This document shows, one piece after another, positions 58,321-64,000 of a stretch of 64,000 nucleotides of DNA. The stretch lies in assembly GCA_039096225.1 (NCBI GenBank), contig JBBPEB010000018.1, positions 306,003 through 370,002 of the forward strand, read 5' to 3'. The stretch comes from Blastocystis sp. Blastoise. Lineage: Eukaryota > Protista > Bigyra: Opalinata. The notes below the pieces were generated by a model, which saw only the letters and a list, made by a program, of their open reading frames with translations, was not told the origin of the DNA and made no database searches. The position numbers and the translations under genes were made by a program. Position 1 is the stretch's first letter; every line of letters starts with the position of its first letter.

Positions 58321-59199
58321 AAAAATATCTGAAAAATAAATAAAAATAAAAATAAATATGTGAAAATATTAAATCTTAAAAATAAAGAGAAATTCCCCCT
58401 TATAAAATCTTTTTTTCTATAATAAAAGTTTGTGTAAATTCGTTGTTTCCAGGGGTTAAAACATTTTTAAAATTTCCCTTTTTCTCTATTTAAAAGTCTA
58501 TTTGAATTTTTAATTGATATATAAATGTTATATGTGTCTATTAAGCTTAATTATTTAATTATAACAGATTTCCGGACTTAATTAAACAAGAAAATTGTTA
58601 TTTTAATAAACTATAATTACAATTAAATATATTTGTTAGTTATTTTTATATAATACTATTCTATTTATAATAAGAATGCAATAGAGAATCAAAAAATATA
58701 TTTAGTATAGCTATTTATGAAGATACAATTTACAATTGGCAACTTTTGTTTTATGATATGTTTTAGTTCAATGAATCATATATTATTATTAGTGAATAAA
58801 TGAACTGAGAATGTCTGAGAGATTCTTAAGTTGTTTTATGCTTTATAAAGAAAATTATAAAATATTAATAAGAATCTATATTTATGTTAAACACCTTTTT
58901 ATGTTATTCCAAAAGAATTCTTTTAAAATATTTTTATTCTCAAATACTACAAAACAAAATGTATATAATAAATAAATATAACACAATAAAAATAGATAAA
59001 ATAAATATTAAATAATATATATAAATATAAGTAACATATCATTATAATACATATAATATGTATATGTAAGGAACTTCTTTCTATCCTATATATATATGAT
59101 TATAAAACTATTTATAATATATATATATATATATATACATAGAGAGGTATCATTATTTTAATATATAAATTGAATCATCTAAGAGTCTGTTATATCTAT

Positions 59200-63072
<3,873 letters not shown>

Positions 63073-64000
63073 ATTAAAAATAAAGATAAATTCATATTTA
63101 AAGTCAATTTTTTAGTCAAATACTAAAAATTCTCATAAAAATTCATTTTTAAATTTTTTAAATTTTTTTATGACTCACTACTAAAGTAACAAGTTTTAGC
63201 AATTATATATTACACTATTGACGCAACATTATTGTATCCCACTACTTTCAGGTTTTAAAAAAAAACTCATTTTTGTTGACTCTCTGATCTGTTGACTAAC
63301 TTGTCTAAAAACTATTAATTCTGACATAAAACGTTTTTATAATACATAATTAACTCTCAAAACAACTCTTTAAAAGACTTTTCTTTGATTCTGAGGAAAA
63401 GTAGTTTTTTTATAAGTTTTGACATACTCTTTGTATGCGGAACTTAAAGTCATGATAGAATAAAATGAAAAAAGTCTTTTAAAACTCTTATGTCGTCTGA
63501 TATATAATAAAATATAAATAGACTCAGTTTTAAACAATAAAAATATTCCCGTAAATATTTTAAAAATGAAAAACTCTGGTCTGATTGCCCATGGAACAAA
63601 TAGGCTCGGTTCAATTTTTCAGTGTAAAAAAAATATAATTTTTTGACTTTTTGACTGAATTTTGGCTCTGAGCCATAGAGGTCAGCTGATTGACTTTTAA
63701 TTACATTTATGACTCTGAGAGGGTCTTCACTTCAAACACAACTATAAAATATTTTAAAATATTGACCCCATTATTTGTCGGAATTGCGACTTTAAAATAA
63801 AGAAAAACGTTTTGGATATTGTGTGACCCTCAATAAACAAAAAATAATGTCAATTCTTTATTAAAATATGTCTAATAGGGTTTTTAAAGTCTAATAGAAC
63901 GTCGTCTTAAAATTTTTGTGAAAATTTTCATTTTTTTGCCTAAGTCTTTTTTTTATTCAAATTTTATTGGCTGAATAAGTTCTGAACGAAAATTAGCCAA

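Noticed and set aside
58388-58458. RNase MRP-like GAAATTCCCC...GGGGTTA on the plus strand
   Set aside because: The motifs are only about 60 nt apart in unstructured AT-rich DNA; a promoter motif is more likely.

Overview
This is a very AT-rich, intron-rich eukaryotic nuclear segment read with the standard code. Gene content and signals fit an AT-rich Blastocystis-like anaerobic stramenopile (inference): He_PIG/discoidin surface protein, GT61, cystatin, mitochondrion-related-organelle genes, bacterial-type SMI1/KNR4 and nitroreductase, and 3' TGTTTGTT motifs. Splicing by hand gives 19 protein genes: surface protein, GT61, RUVBL1, PFKFB, NHP2, PH-RCC1-TBC, RPL8/uL2, HSP20, cystatin, FAH-family, p24, SMI1/KNR4, S6K-like kinase, BEACH, NDUFS4, nitroreductase, YciI, Tom7-like and PhnP-like. 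There is also one decayed gene and one multi-exon, apparently non-coding locus. Highlights: (1) the last RPL8 intron contains what looks like a sense mimic of LSU rRNA helix 66, the uL2 binding site, suggesting splicing autoregulation; (2) four well-supported and one probable U12-type minor introns in 64 kb; (3) a spliced, hairpin-per-exon putative lncRNA whose promoter shares motifs with RPL8; (4) a CG-centred palindromic motif (TTCCCRCGGGAA-like) over-represented in gene bodies; (5) splice sites apparently overwritten by neighbouring exon sequence (RNA-polishing artefact or cDNA conversion). Many long ORFs in the supplied track are microsatellite-intron artefacts. All exon structures and family calls are by eye and have not been checked against databases.
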